From Blastocystis sp. Blastoise (Eukaryota; Protista; Bigyra: Opalinata): a DNA stretch of 64,000 bases. Position 1 is the first letter of the stretch, and each line of letters begins with the position of its first letter. A program made the position numbers and the translations under genes. The notes under the pieces are model-generated. The model did not search any database, was not told the origin of the DNA, and was given only the letters and a program-made list of their open reading frames with translations. The DNA is taken from the NCBI GenBank assembly GCA_039096225.1, contig JBBPEB010000029.1, forward strand, positions 372,001 through 436,000, read 5' to 3'. Shown here in pieces: positions 42,366 through 59,889 of this stretch.

Positions 42366-43121
42366 TTATAATAAATACAGGATAGTTGCAATAAGGATAG
42401 CGACTCCAAAACATAAAACATATAAAATATATGTTGTAGAACTCTTATAGTTGTTGATTAACATAAGATTTTCTTTTGAATCTAAAGAATGACTTCTCAT
42501 GTTACCATGAGTAGAAGTAGTATCTATAGACTCAAAAGCATATTTTAATGTTTTACCTAGTCGAATACCAGACTTACATATTAAACGAACAGATTCCTTT
42601 TGTATATATAATAATTTCTCTTTTGAAATCGTCATATTTGGAGTCACACCTTATATAGTATTATGTTCATTATATTTATAGTATTATATTTAAAGTATTA
42701 TATTTATATTATTATGTTATTTATATTTATATTATTATGTTATTTATGTTTATATTATATATATAAAATATAAAATCTTCTATATATATATATATCCTTT
42801 ATAGACTTCAGGAGAGAGATCAAACGTTTCTCTTGCCCATAATTCAGGAGAAAATTGAAAGGGAATGGATTCATCCCTATATATATATATATATATATAT
42901 TAGTAAATTAATAAATTCAAAAATATATATTAATAAAATATTTTTTTTAATAAATGAAATAAAAATATAAAATAGTTATGGGAATATATATATATATAAA
43001 TCCTCATCTTTACAAGTATGTAATAAGTCTTTAGCAACATTCTTCAAGTAATCCACGTCTTCTTGGTTCTATATATATATATATAATAGAAGATAAGAAA
43101 GTGAATATATATAATAAATAG

Positions 43122-43164
<43 letters not shown>

Positions 43165-44209
43165 TTTGAGAGGGACTCGAAGCGATCTATAAATAGAGCC
43201 AGCTCGATCCCATATATAATGGTACGTCTCACGTGCCATAGGAATAACGTCTTCGTACGGAGAATGAATTGGAATATAATGAGCATCTATATGTATATAT
43301 ATATAATATATATAATTATTATAACTATTCATATATATATATATATATATACGATGAGATCCAACCAGTCCACATAATTCAGTTGTATAAAGAGTAGAGA
43401 TATGAACCTATATATATATATTATTATAAATAATAAAAAATAATAATATAAATATATAATAAAAACATATAATAAAATGATTATATATATATATATAAAC
43501 AGGACAGTGAACATCTCCTAAATAATGAATCAAAAAACGTGTATTAATTGCTTATATATATATAGAATATCAAAAAATAATATATATATAAAACAAAGAC
43601 AGGAATAACAAAATAAAATATATATATTTGCTAAATCCGTTTCATTTCTATATTCAGCTGGTCTTTTTAAATTATCCATGACTTTAAATAAGCATTCATA
43701 TAAAGCACGTATAATACTTTCAGCTTCATCTTCATAACCAGGAGTACAATCTCCGTGTAAAAAGATTTAATATATATACTCAATAATATATAAACAAAAA
43801 AATATGTTTTTTTAATTTTAAATAATAATAAATTATCCCAAAACCCATTCAATACTTAAATACACAAAAAAATTATTTTTATATATATATAAAATAACCA
43901 ATAAATCATATAAAAACATCCGACAATGTACTTCCAGCTTGTTCCATGCATCGGAGCTGTTTCTTTCCATGGATCTAAACGTTTTGCAGAGTCAGCCCAA
44001 CAAGCAGCATTCATTAATCCTTGATGGGTAGAATACAAAGGTAGTTTCTGAGATGCCTCACTAGAAATAATCTCGTTGATCATTTTCTCGATTTCTGGTC
44101 CTGCATAAAGAACACCAAATTCTGCAATAATCATATGAACAACATCGAACCATCCATATGCACTTTGTATTAACAACAAAAGGAATATCGCTACATATAT
44201 CGATTTCAT
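42366..44209 (-). CDS. S1/P1-family Zn nuclease with signal peptide and C-terminal TM anchor; several non-canonical introns
   Basis: Mature N-terminal W....H (GWFDVVH), ACWAD, RFLIHYLGDVHCPVH, HYIWD, WARET and RLICKSGIRL, ending in YILYVLCFGVAILIATILYLL. Confidence 0.88.
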
Positions 44210-44364
44210 ATTGTTCAAATGGTAAAATGAAAATAATTATATATTTTTCCTGAAACGGTCGCTTTTCTAAAATTTCCGAATGATTTATTTAGTTTAATTA
44301 CTTTCATTTGTATCATTTTTTATAAATCTCTTATTTTCATTTAAAAATCATTTTTAAAGGAAAG

Positions 44365-46077
44365 ATGTTCAGTCCAAAGTATTTAGAATATAAGAAAAAC
44401 GTTTCTCATGATTTATATAGACCATTAGTTCGATACCTTTCCATTATACCATCATTTGTAATTATTGCTTTGTTTATAACAATATTCATATCTTATTTTG
44501 ACAATATTTTGCTTCCTGATTATCAAAAAATCAACTTTTCCTGGAATATATCATCACTTCTATTCATTTTGAAACATATCCCATTCAACTTTTGTTTCTT
44601 TTTGAGTTTTTATTCCTATATCAAGTGCATTTTCACAAGTATATTTGTTTTTTTACAATTCATAACTTTATTAAACTATGTAATCTTCATAATATAGATC
44701 CGGGACGAGTAGATGAAGAAGTGAATCATGAATTATCAAAGAGATTACCTTCATCTTCTGTTGTTCGTCATTGTTTCTATTGTAATATCGATAAATTTCC
44801 TCGTATCCATCATTGTAGTGTTTGTAATGTATGTTTTTAATTCCATTTCTTTGTTTATAAGTACTTGTTTTGCATTTAGATGTGTGTAACGAATATGGAT
44901 CATCACTGTGTATGGCTCTGCAACTGTATTGGCCATTATAACAAGAAATTTTTCAATCTTTTTCTTTTTTATGCTACTCTTGGCAGTCTTTTCTTTTTTC
45001 TTTTTGCATCTCAAATTGTTTATCATCATTTCCAAAAAAGAGTGTATGGCGTTCTTCCTCCTATGCTTATGATTGGGTATGTGTTTATATATATATATAT
45101 TTCATCTATTTTTTTTTAATAAATCGTATTTTTAAGAAATAAATGTTTTTTTTTAAATATTGCTATTTTATTTATTATCTTAAAACATTTTATATATATT
45201 ATTCTATAATTGATATAGATATTCATATATATATATATTTGTTTTTAATTATCTATTTCTTTTTCTTTTCTTTTTGTCTTTATTCCTATATATATATAGT
45301 TTATGTTTAAGTATTTCATTCTGTTTAACTCTTATATTTTTTGGTGGGTTTCACATTTATTTAATTCTCAATAATATTACAACATTAGAAGTGAATACTT
45401 ATTTATTTTCACGGGAACGGGGTATTAATCCATATGATTTAGGATGGAAGAAAAACTGGTGTTTTATTATGGGAAAGAATCCTTGGCTAGTATATATATA
45501 TATATATATAGTTATATATTATTTTTTTATTTGTATGTTATATATTTTATTATTAATTATTAATTATAAAAGTATATTATTTACTTATTTTTTACTAATT
45601 ATTTTGAATTATATATTATATATATATATAATATATATAGTGGTTGTTACCCGTAGCAAATACGCCTCCATTTTCATGGGAATTACGTCATGATTTTGTT
45701 CCTTACGAATCGGATATAGAGCAACAGGATTCCTCTTTTTATGAAGAAGAAGAAGAAGCAGAAGAAGAAGAAAATAGTAATAATCATAGACAACACAATA
45801 TTGTATATATATATATATATATTTATTTATTCTTTTCATCTATTGATGTTATTCATTAATATTCATTTATTCTTTTATATGGATTGATTTCTTTAGTATT
45901 TTTTTTTTAATGATTATATATAATTATAATATGATATTATGACAATAGAATAACTATAAACAATTGCTATATATATTAATCATAAACATTATTATATAGG
46001 AATATAATATTCCTTTTCAATCAAATATCCTAAAATATTCAAATGAAGAATGTGCACGTCTTTTACCTCCTGTTTAA
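44365..46077 (+). CDS. DHHC protein S-palmitoyltransferase, 5 introns
   Basis: NPG, [53 protein letters not shown]. Confidence 0.94.
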
Positions 46078-46616
46078 AGAATAATTTATTATTTTATTGT
46101 GTATTTTTATTTATTAATCTTTTCTTCTTCTTTAGATTTGATTTTTATGTTTTTCCATTATTATTATAAATTAATACATATATATTTTAAATTTCATATA
46201 TAATACTTTAGAATTATAATTATTATTATTGTATATTTTTAAAGGCTATATACAGATATATCAAAGTTCGTTATATAAACACTGTGATGCAGTTTTTATT
46301 TATTTTTTAATTTTTTTGTGTTTACATTTTTATTTATATTTTTTAAATATTTCTCATCATTATACAATTGTATCCTTTTATTTACTCAAATAATAAAAGT
46401 CATCTGCCATTTGTCATCTATTCTTTTAAAAATAATTTTTGATTGTTTCTTTTTTTTTCACTATAAGTTTATGTTATGTATATACATTTATACTATTATT
46501 CTTATCTCCAATTTACAAAATATCAATTAATAATAAATAAAATTCACTTTAAAGAACTGACTTTTTCTTACAACTTTTCTTTCTTATATTATTATTATTT
46601 ACTTACGTCAATTAAT

Positions 46617-47834
46617 ATGTTGTGTCCTTTATGTAATGCAAAAGAAGCTTGTGTACAATGTTGTGGAATGAATTTTTGTGCATATGATTATTTTTGTTCT
46701 CAACATGTAGATCATCCTGAAAAAGCAATTATTATAGATCAACAGACTTACTCTAAAGACTTCCAACTTATGTCTAAATTAATGAGTAATTTAAAAGATC
46801 AAATTATTCATGAATTGAATAACGCTGAAGGAATAGAAGATAATACTATGGAATCAGGTTCCCAAAGACATACCATAAATGACTTAACTGGAACATATTC
46901 TGTTCCTGATCATCCTATGACTGAAGATGATCAAATTCATAATAAATCAGAAATACCATTAAAGAGTATTATTTATGAATTCTTTCTTATTATGTATAGA
47001 GTCTCAACAGTCTCAATTGGAAGATCTTGATTTGTCTATTCCAGAAAATATACGTAAAAAGGTATCTATCATATTATATAGATGATATAACACATATATA
47101 AATAGTTTTTGAATAATTTAAATGATTGTTTATATGACCGATATCAACAGATTTATGGAACCATTGATGAAATGCAATTGGCTTATATTCAAGATCTTGT
47201 TTTTTCAATCAGTGAAGAAATAGAAATGACGGCATTTGTTTTTTGTGGTGATTCAACGGATGATGATTATCGTTATTTAATGAGAAATCTTATATATAAT
47301 ATAGAAATCACACCCAAAATTGAATATATAAAACAAATAATTGAAAAAGTATGTTATTACATGTATAATGATATATAGAATTATTTAATTTATATTATTT
47401 ATTTATATGATGAATTATATATATATATATATAGAAATTGTCTCCACAAGAACTTATTCAAAAGGATCAATCTGATTGGGTAATTCAATCGTCTACAAAA
47501 CGACCACTTGAAGAAAATTTGGAGTATATATATATATATAATTAAATAATTAAATAATTAAATAATTAAATAATTAAATAATTAATATTCTATGAATTGT
47601 TCTATCCTAATAACATAATTATTATTAATAAATATTATTTTATATAGGAATAGAGGATATATAAAATTGGTAGCAACTTGTCCGAAATGTGGTCATGCTA
47701 CATATATGAAAGTATTAAGAGGAAATATATCTTCTGGAATGAAAGGTGAGATTTGGGGTAGTAAAGACATGCCTTCATTAGTTACAGAATATATATGTGA
47801 TCATTGTGATTATAGATTAGTACAAGAAGAATAA
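46617..47834 (+). CDS. Zn-finger protein: N-terminal B-box-like finger, TFIIS-central-like helices, C-terminal Zn ribbon; 4 introns
   Basis: CPLC..CVQC..FCAYD..H at the N-terminus, YRYLMRNLIYNI..LSPQEL in the middle, and CPKCGH...GEIWGSKD...CDHC at the C-terminus. Confidence 0.55.
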
Positions 47835-47975
47835 ATAAGTAGTATTTATAGAGATTCTATTATGTAGTTGTATATACATTGTTGAATATATAAAATACTT
47901 AAAAACAAATACAATAGTCAATAGTAATGAAAACAATTAAATTAAAAAAAAAAGAATGTAAATTATATAAGTAGA

Positions 47976-48907
47976 TTATTGTTTAGTTATTTGTTTTTCT
48001 GTATTATTATTTCTCTCTTTCATTTTGGTCACCGCTAGTTCACATAATGACTTTAAATTCTTTTTTAGAAACTGTTCATATATAAAGAAATATTCTTCTC
48101 CTTTTATATCTATTAGTATAGTATTAAAGAAGTATATAAAAATGAAAAAAATAAAGTATAGTAATAAGGATATATATATTTGTAATAGAAAGTAGAATAT
48201 CGATAGATAATGGATCATCACTTGTGTTCTATATATATATATATATATAATGTGATTTTTAGATTAGTTTCAAATGATATTATGGATAATAATATTGTAT
48301 AAATGAATATATATATATACGATAATATAATCCAGTTGATAAACGATGTAATTATAAAGCAGTAGATCTACAGAAGAAGAAGTAGAATTGTTTGTTTCTG
48401 AAGTATATAAGAGAAGACATGATTCATAAATCACTGTACATAATAATTCCCTATATATATAAGTCAGTATGAATGAAATTTCAAGAAGAGCTATTAAAAT
48501 ATATATATATATATATAAATACTTTTCAAGTATAGATTCCAAAGAAGTCATGGAATAGTGTGCAATACGGTCAATGCATTTCTCACGAATGATTGGATCT
48601 TTGTCATGTGACTTGACAACTAAGATGGGGAGCATGGAAATAAAATCATTTTGCATTTCAATTAGTAATGAAATACATTCACGACGTATATTACTATATA
48701 TATAGTTATAAATATAGTTATATAATATTGTGACTCTATAGATCTATTCCATGTTAATGAATAAGGTATAAAAAATATATATATTCTCTTTGCATATATT
48801 ATGTATAGTTACATAGTTATATAGTTATATACACATCAGGTTCTCGTTGAATAACTTCTTCCATTAATTGACACACTCGTGTTCGCCATTTAGATATAGT
48901 ATCATTA

Positions 48908-48949
<42 letters not shown>

Positions 48950-49335
48950 TAATAAAAACTTTATAATAGAATTCGGATTATTATTAAGAAATAATATATA
49001 TATATATATACTACTAAGTTTAGTATTAATATTAATAATGGGAGCAACAGTCTGAAACGATATTTGTAGCGCTATATAATAATAATAATACGTATAATAA
49101 TAATAGTAAGTATAATAATAATATGTAGATATACATTCAGATATTACCCATCTGTTTTTATTCTGTATAGAAGAATGACTCCAGTTGTTTATATGTATTT
49201 TTTCATTCTCTTTTTCCTCTTGATAAACACGTTTCATAGGAATATCAAAAGAATGAATATTCCCGCGATTATCTTCAAAATTAGAATTTAGATGAGTATT
49301 TTCTATAGTATCCACAGGAGTAATAACTGATACCA

Positions 49336-49410
<75 letters not shown>

Positions 49411-51543
49411 CTTGGATTTGTTTACATATTTTCTGAATTTGGTGAATAGCTTCAAGTCTAACTTTCCCGTGGGAATCCGAGAGAAGTATATGTTGTCCAA
49501 GTAGAGGAAGAGAAAGAGAAGGAGGAAAAATAGAACTACATACAGAACACATATATAGACGTTCTATAGAGAGATATATGATAATATTATTCCATGAAAA
49601 TATTATTATATATATTTATTAGTTAATACAATCTCAATATTTATATAAGTTTATAAATAAAATAAGAAAATGTTGTTTTTACATAAAAAAATGAAATAAA
49701 TAAAATGATAACATAATAAAGAGAAGAATTATATACTTGTGTATGTAGCTGTTGAATATATAGTTCTATATATATATTTTGCATATAGACGCGGTGGTCG
49801 TGATATATGTGTATCATTATCATACCATGATATACTAGAGGAGAAAGTATACATATATAAATATATAAATTTATATTACATATAAAAAATGTAAAAGAAG
49901 AAAATTAAATAATATAAATAATGAGAGTCAATATAATTGATAATAATGTTATAATAATACAACCATAAATGTTATTTAGTATATATATATACTTATCAAT
50001 GGATATGATAGCTTTTAAAATAGCAAGAAATGTATTAAAAAGACTAGATTGTTTTTCTGCTTTTGTATATAAAGAGAAAAAATGATGAAGAAGAGAAACT
50101 GTCTATAGAGAATTTAATATGTATAGAGAATAATAATTTTAATTATTATAAATATAGATAATAATAATAATAATAAATATAATAATAATGATAATAATAA
50201 ATATTATAATAAATATTATAATAAATATTATAATAAATATAATAATGATAATAATAAATATAATAATAAATATAATAATAAATATATACTCCATCTTTAC
50301 TTGCTTCAGGAGATATTTTATAAAGAATATAGAATATATTTGGCATAAATATATTGATATAATCACATAAGGAAACAACATCAATCTATAAAATAAGAAT
50401 AGGAATATATAGAGTATACTTACAAGAATATCAATCATATTCAAATAATACATAACAATATATATATAATCATAAGAGAGAAACATACATCTTTATATTG
50501 ATAACCTTGAATATAACCAATAATAAACATAATAATAGAAATAACGGCCATATATCGTTGTTTAGAAATATTACTATTTGAATCCGTTCCTTGTAGAGTG
50601 ATATGTATATTATAGATAGATTCTTGAGTATCACAAGTGAGATAAGAAAGAAGAAGAGAAGTAGTAGTAGTAGACAATAAGGAAAGAGGAGTAAGAAGAA
50701 GAGAAAGGAAAAGATAAAATGTACATATATATTGAGAAGAACAAAGATAGGTATGAAGTTCTGTTGATATTGTTGATAATAAGTATATACAGATTTCTAA
50801 TATACCTAATTATATAATAAATAATAATTATTTAATGAATCATAATATTTGTAATATATACAAGATTGAGTATAATAATAGATCATGCATTCAAGTTGCT
50901 CTTCATTTCGAAACACTTCATAAGGGGGTATATATATAGATATAATTGCTTTTAATGTTGAGATATCTGCTGTTTCTAAGATTAATGAATTCTCTCGTAT
51001 TTTTTTCAGAAAAAGCATATGAAAACTATTGATGACTTCCAAAATATTGGCATACTTCTATACTATTCTGTCTATATATAAAACAAACACAAAAAAATTA
51101 CTTTTTCAGGTATTTGAGACATATCTTTCTTCGATTTTGATGTTCTAGAATCTAAATTGAACAAAATAAAAAAAATAGTCTATCAAATAATACTGGCATC
51201 CAATTTTTGTTTTCTAGTTCTCTTTAAATTTGATTTATTTTCATATTCCATTTCTTGATAAACAATTGAAGCTGAGTATATTTCACTAAATGAGTATGAG
51301 TAATGAAAAAATAGAGAAATACAATTGAAAATGGTGAATGCATTGAATATATTGAATGAATTGATTCTGGTTTGATGAATTCAAGTTATTCATGATATTG
51401 TCCATCCATTCATGAATCGTTTGAACAACTGTTTGTGGGTTTAATTCATAATCAGTGAGTGTAAAGTTGCTATCAAGCATGACTTCATATAGTATAATAT
51501 ATCAAAGAAAGATATTAGATGATGTTAATGCGTCTATGGACAT
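47976..51543 (-). CDS. Helical/HEAT-repeat protein (weak resemblance to condensin CAP-G HEAT units), about 13 introns including AT-AC type
   Basis: HEAT-like units LSDSHGKVRLEAI, QREPDVNIRRECISLL and SHDKDPIIREKCI. Poly-Asn x24 at 49337-49408. Start may be 51480 or 51543. Confidence 0.6.
48116..48173 (-). other. U12-type (minor spliceosome) AT-AC intron, 58 nt
   Basis: Donor ATATCCTT, branch-like TTCTTTAAT and acceptor TATAC. Removal restores ITNILIDIKGEE and skips an in-frame TAA. Confidence 0.8.
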
Positions 51544-51841
51544 TTATAATGAGCAAATCCAAAAAAAACAAATAAAGTGTTTTAAATAAAGAAGAGGGAA
51601 CGTTTCTGATTGGCTAATACTGTGAAATTTCCAGAAGTTTCTTGATAAATTTTTTAAGCGAACGATTGCAAGTGTCGACTTTAATATATATTAGAAAACT
51701 ACTAAAAAGGGCAAAATAACATGAATGGTCTGAAATAGTCAAAATTATTTTTTGTTATTGCAACCATTTCTTTTTTATCACAACTTTTCAAGGTTTTGAC
51801 AAAATCAGTGTATATATTCCCTCAAACTATTTAGAAACAGA

Positions 51842-52606
51842 ATGCTTGTTCCCAAGAGAAATCGTGTTTTAATCTACTCTTACCTCTTCCAAGGTATGCT
51901 AACGAATAACATATAAACCACCATTCCTTACTACTTTTACTTGATGATCTATAGAAGGTTGTATTGTTATCAAGGATAACGTTGCTTGCAACAGATCCTT
52001 CGGTAAGGACGAAAAGGGTCAAGACCAAGTCGTTCCCAATATTGAAGTTATTAAGGTATTACAATCCCTCTGGTCTAGAGAATATGTCAAGAAAACTTAT
52101 TCTTGGTGCCATTTCTATTACTTCTTAACTGATGCTGGTATTGAATACTTAAGAAATTATCTTCATCTTACCGCTGATGTCGTCCCTGCTACCCTTAAGA
52201 AGCAAGCTCCCGTCCGTCCATTTATATTTATATATATTTTTTTAAATATTTTCTCTATTCATATAATATTTATATATCGTTTTATGTATCTATAGCCGTC
52301 CCGATCGTGAAGAAAGACCCCGTAATTATTTTACATTTATAATTTGATTCAACTCAACAATTTATATTTTTATCATATAATCATATATATATATATATTT
52401 TATAGGTCGTGATGGTGAAAGAAGAAACTTCGTATGTTTTTATATTCATTATATATATTTTATTATATATAAATGGTGTTATATACTAATTTAATATTAT
52501 TATAATATTCTTTTCTTATAAATTTATTTATATATAGCGTAGCAACAGAAACTTCCGTGAACGTAGACCTGCTGCTGAAAAACCAGTCGAAGCTACTCAA
52601 GCTTAA
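51842..52606 (+). CDS. RPS10: 40S ribosomal protein S10 (eS10), 4 introns, one AT-AG
   Basis: [62 protein letters not shown], followed by an Arg-rich tail. Absent from the ORF track. Confidence 0.95.
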
Positions 52607-52845
52607 GAAGCACGATTTCTAAAGCTTCTCCTATGAGAGGGAAACATTTATTTATGTCTTTTGTTATTATTATTTTTATTCAATGGAATCATTTGAAATA
52701 CGAATACAATACTATTATAGAATTTATTTATTTATTATTATTTTAATTATTAGAACAAAACAAAGAAATATGGAATACATAAACAAAACATATAAAATAC
52801 ATAAGAGACTGAGAACAAATAAACCAAAAGAAAAAGTAATAAAGC

Positions 52846-54322
52846 TTAGTTTTCTTCTTCAGTATCTTTATTGAACTTTTTTTCTTTACGAATAATCTTA
52901 AGAGCTTTAATTTTTCTTGTTTGCATATGAGTCATATCTTGTTTCTCCATATGAACTCTACCTAACTTATCACCAAGAGGATTATGAGATACATTCTTGA
53001 CTTTCTTAGGTTTAATAGTTCTAGGTATTTTAAGACTATCTCTCTTAAGTTCTTTAGAAGCCATATGTTTACGTCGAAGTTCAAAATCAATAGCAGGACC
53101 TTGTTCTAAGAGTTCGATACGAGGAAGAGAACTACCACTCTTCTTTAATAATGGAACTATATATATATATATGTTTAATAATTATAAACATAGTTGGATT
53201 CATAAGAATGTAATAGAGAAACATAAAGTAATATAATTAATAAATAATTATTAAATAATATATATATATTAAATAATATATATATATATATAATACTGTA
53301 TATATAAATGATAAAGTTAATAAATAGAATAGAATATACCATAGACTCTTAAGAAGAAAGAAGGTGTTTCACCGTTATCAGGGAAAGTAGCAGAACAAAC
53401 AATAACTTCATCTAAACCTGAAAGAGAAATCTTATCAATCTGTTCACCTCTAAAGAAATCTAATAATAAATTCTTTAATAATTTATAATCTTCATTATAT
53501 TCCCAAATATCTCCTTGGAAGATAAAACATGGTTTATGACCTACTAAAGCCTATATATAGAATTATTATTATATTATTATGATTATAATTATGATTATGA
53601 TTATATAATTAACAACATTAAAACAATATTAAAAAAAATAAATATATAAAAGCTTACTTTTTGTCCTTTAAAAGATTCAATAGATTTATAATTAGTAACA
53701 CCAAGTTCAAACATATCTAATAATTGAAAGTTAAATAATCTACCTAATACAATATTATTAGGTCTTTTCTTAGAATCAGAAGCTAATCCAAAAAGAGAAC
53801 AATCATTTTTTTGAGCTAAAAATTCAACAGAATTAGCATCATCAAAGGGATGAATTTCATTCTTTTTAACCATTAACTTTGAATGAGGAGCCTTCAAACG
53901 AGCCTAGAAACATATATATATGTAACATAATTATATATAATTTATTTAATTATTTATATAAACGCAAATAGAAAATATATAAATTGATACATTTTATAAA
54001 ACAACAATAAATAGAATATAAATTATAGGCATACAAGATCCTTAAGAACATCTACAATATATTTTGAAGCAGTTGTAGTCTTTAAAAGCATAGCGGTCTT
54101 AGGATTTTCGTTAATCTTAGGAGCTCTGTTTTCTAAATATCTTTTAGCATGACCTCTTACTTGTTTCTGCTTAGGTTGTTTCTTTCCTTTCTTCTGAGTT
54201 TTAGAAACTTTCTTACCACCAACAGGAGGAGTAGCAATTACCAATCTTCCCTTACTATCCTTTGTATTTATATTCTTAGGAACCTTACGCTCCTTTTTTT
54301 CTTTTATTTTAATTAAAGCCAT
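52846..54322 (-). CDS. RPF2: Ribosome production factor 2 (Brix domain), 3 introns
   Basis: RAPKINENPK, KKNEIHPFDD, KNDCSLF, SKKRPNN, LPRIELLEQGP, KPKKVKNV, GRVHMEKQD. Confidence 0.93.
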
Positions 54323-55497
54323 GACTCTATAATGAAGTAATCAAGAAGAAAAATAATATGGACAAAAATTATGGAACAAGCCTCTAAACAGAAATTCATG
54401 GTTATCAATGAATTATCACTGAGTATTTTTTATCAATTATTTCTCTATATTTTATTTCGTTTCTTATTATGATTCAAGAAATTCTAACTATATTTTTATT
54501 ATTATTTCTAAATAAATGATCTGATTGAGAAAAATAATGGAAAAGATATATTAAAAAAATAAATGAAATTCTTTTGTGCTCAGATTTATTACTTTTAAGC
54601 ATTTCTACAAGTATGTATAATGAACTATATAATCATTCCAACTTATACAATATATTATCTATCTATTTAAAGAGTATAACGTTTTTATTCTACTGTTTTT
54701 ATAGATATTTTTTATGAAAAAATTGCTTAAAATAAATTAGAATATGAGTGGATCTGTAGAACAATTATAAAAAATATATATTTAAAAAAATTTAAAAGAA
54801 TTATCACATTCTACTTGTACTACGTTTTTATGGATTACGAAATATATTTAAATATATAGAAATTGTTCCAGATATTGTTTCATTAATTAGATAAATTCGT
54901 GTATATATTTGAATTGGAATTCTTGCAGTTATGGATGATGAAAGTAAATATAAGAATTGCATTCTATTCAAAAAAAATAGCAAGCCGATCTTATAGTTCA
55001 TGAAACTTGGATAAGTCTTTGTTTGTAGGCATATCTTGAAAATTGACATTTCTCAGTTACGTGTTATTCATGGTCATTTCTCAAATATAAATATGTAAAG
55101 TGATAATGAATTAATAAAAGAATTGAATAAATTTATGATTTTAAATGATCATAAAGAAAATGGAGAATGGCTCTAAATGGAGAAATAAATTCGTTTGTTT
55201 CTTTTGTTTCATTCTTCATGTTAAATTAATAATGATTGGTATATTATTCATTCTGCTTGAAAGACGATACTCCTTGTAATTTTATTCATTTTCGCAGAAA
55301 AACATTATTTTCTCAGGCATTTTTATATAAACACAAACATGGCCCAATCATATGAAGGATCTATATAAGTGGATTTCACTGGCTAATTTTTTCCATTTTT
55401 TAAATCCATTCCTTTTTATGTAACTTTAATTTTTATTTTTTAAGGATTTTCCTATATAAAGAAATAAGTTTTATATGATATAGATTTACTATTTAAA

Positions 55498-59131
<3,634 letters not shown>

Positions 59132-59889
59132 ATATAAAACAATACTCATTTTTTTTAACTTTTAAGAAAGCGTTCATATAAATAATAAATCACTTTATTT
59201 TATAAAATAAAAAGCATATACTCAAAGTTTAATATATTTCTAATAATTGTTATTCACTCTGAAGACATTGTTTCCTATTTATATTTATACTTTTTAAATC
59301 ATTTTTTAAATATTATAATAGTTTCGTTCAAATAATAACATTCACATAAACTTATTATTAATAATAAAAAAAGAACTTTTCCAAGACGTATTTTTGAATA
59401 TTTTTTATATATTATCTTGCAAAATAATATAAACATTTATTATTGGTTTTATATGACAATAAATATACCGTACAAATAATCCAAAAGCTAATTATTGAGA
59501 AAAAAATAAAAAACTGTTGTAACACATTTAAACGTATTTTATACTTCATATTCAATATAGACACTATTTTCTAAATTTGAATAATATATTTTAAATCGAT
59601 ATATATATCATAACAAACCTGATGGACCTAGATAATGTATATTTTACATCTTTATTCTATTCTAGAATAATCCTTATATGAAAATCAAAGAAAAGGAATC
59701 TTTTGGATCATTATTTTAATTGTTCTTCGAAATGAATAGAATCTAAAAAACAAAAACGTTTATTTCTTGGGATACTTTCAGTGAAAATAAATGAAAAAGA
59801 AGTTCGTTATTATTCTAAAAGAACTCGGTCAACTTCTTTTATGGAAATTTTTTTTCATATTTTTTTATTCATTATACAGTTTATATACA

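Noticed and set aside
43752-43917. First S1/P1 intron as non-canonical
   Set aside because: A phase-compatible GT...GAG solution exists (gga t|gtttt...ggag|at tgt), although the acceptor is atypical.
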